A DNA stretch of 63,956 bases, the filler included, from Rhabdomonas costata (lineage: Eukaryota): NCBI GenBank assembly GCA_019059605.1. It is 58 parts of 58 records of this genome, joined end to end, with 100 filler letters (N's around TTAATTAATTAA, not from the genome) between each part and the next. Parts side by side here need not be neighbours in the genome. Positions count along the whole stretch, not along the records: positions 62,953 to 63,956 come from JAHMHO010034179.1; 57 more parts are not named here. One strand, 5' to 3'. Below the pieces are notes generated by a model, which was not told where the DNA came from, did not search any database, and saw only the letters and a list, made by a program, of their open reading frames with translations. A program made the translations under genes and the position numbers. Each line of letters starts with the position of its first letter. The stretch's first letter is position 1. This document shows positions 63,751 through 63,956 of the stretch, in pieces.

Positions 63751-63956
63751 CTGAAAAACAGCACAGGAAAACGTGTGATGTGAACGGGTCTCATTTCCAC
63801 AGGCATAGTATTGTTGAATGCTTTCGGGCAAAACAACCACGGAGGACTGCGCAAACGGCCACAGCGCTATCATAAGGGGTGGCGTCCGAAGCAAAGAAGA
63901 ACCAATATAAGCACACACACTCCTCAAGGAAACCAGAGATATAAAGCAACCCAACA

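Overview
This is not one locus. It is 58 unrelated ~1.0 kb contigs joined by an artificial 100-nt linker (44 N + TTAATTAATTAA, which stops all six frames, + 44 N), so nothing can be inferred from adjacency across a linker. Most contig ends carry G/T-only (5') or A/C-only (3') runs, and several end in fold-back inverted repeats, consistent with whole-genome amplification of very little DNA. Most contigs come from an intron-rich, flagellated eukaryote: recognisable GT-AG exons of RPS18, RUVBL1, CSTF1, CFAP58, a Vti1-like SNARE, TatD, a SET/MYND protein, a GH51 and glycosyltransferases. Donor sites are often GTGTG/GTGC/GTAC-type and RPS18 looks euglenozoan, which suggests a euglenid (inference). 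Several genes look prokaryote- or fungus-derived: an intron-bearing bacterial cyclase, PrpE, a prokaryote-type Memo and a basidiomycete-like MFS transporter. The most interesting material is three very AT-rich, intronless contigs. (1) 13262-14266 has a complete Polinton/Polinton-like-virus A32-type packaging ATPase, flanked by two small unannotated ORFs and a shared hairpin. (2) 26520-27524 has a viral fibre-repeat gene with a 34-bp slippage frameshift. (3) 28729-29733 has a CMGC-like pseudokinase. Together they hint at an undescribed PLV, possibly with a giant-virus partner, associated with this protist. Physical linkage between the three contigs cannot be shown here.
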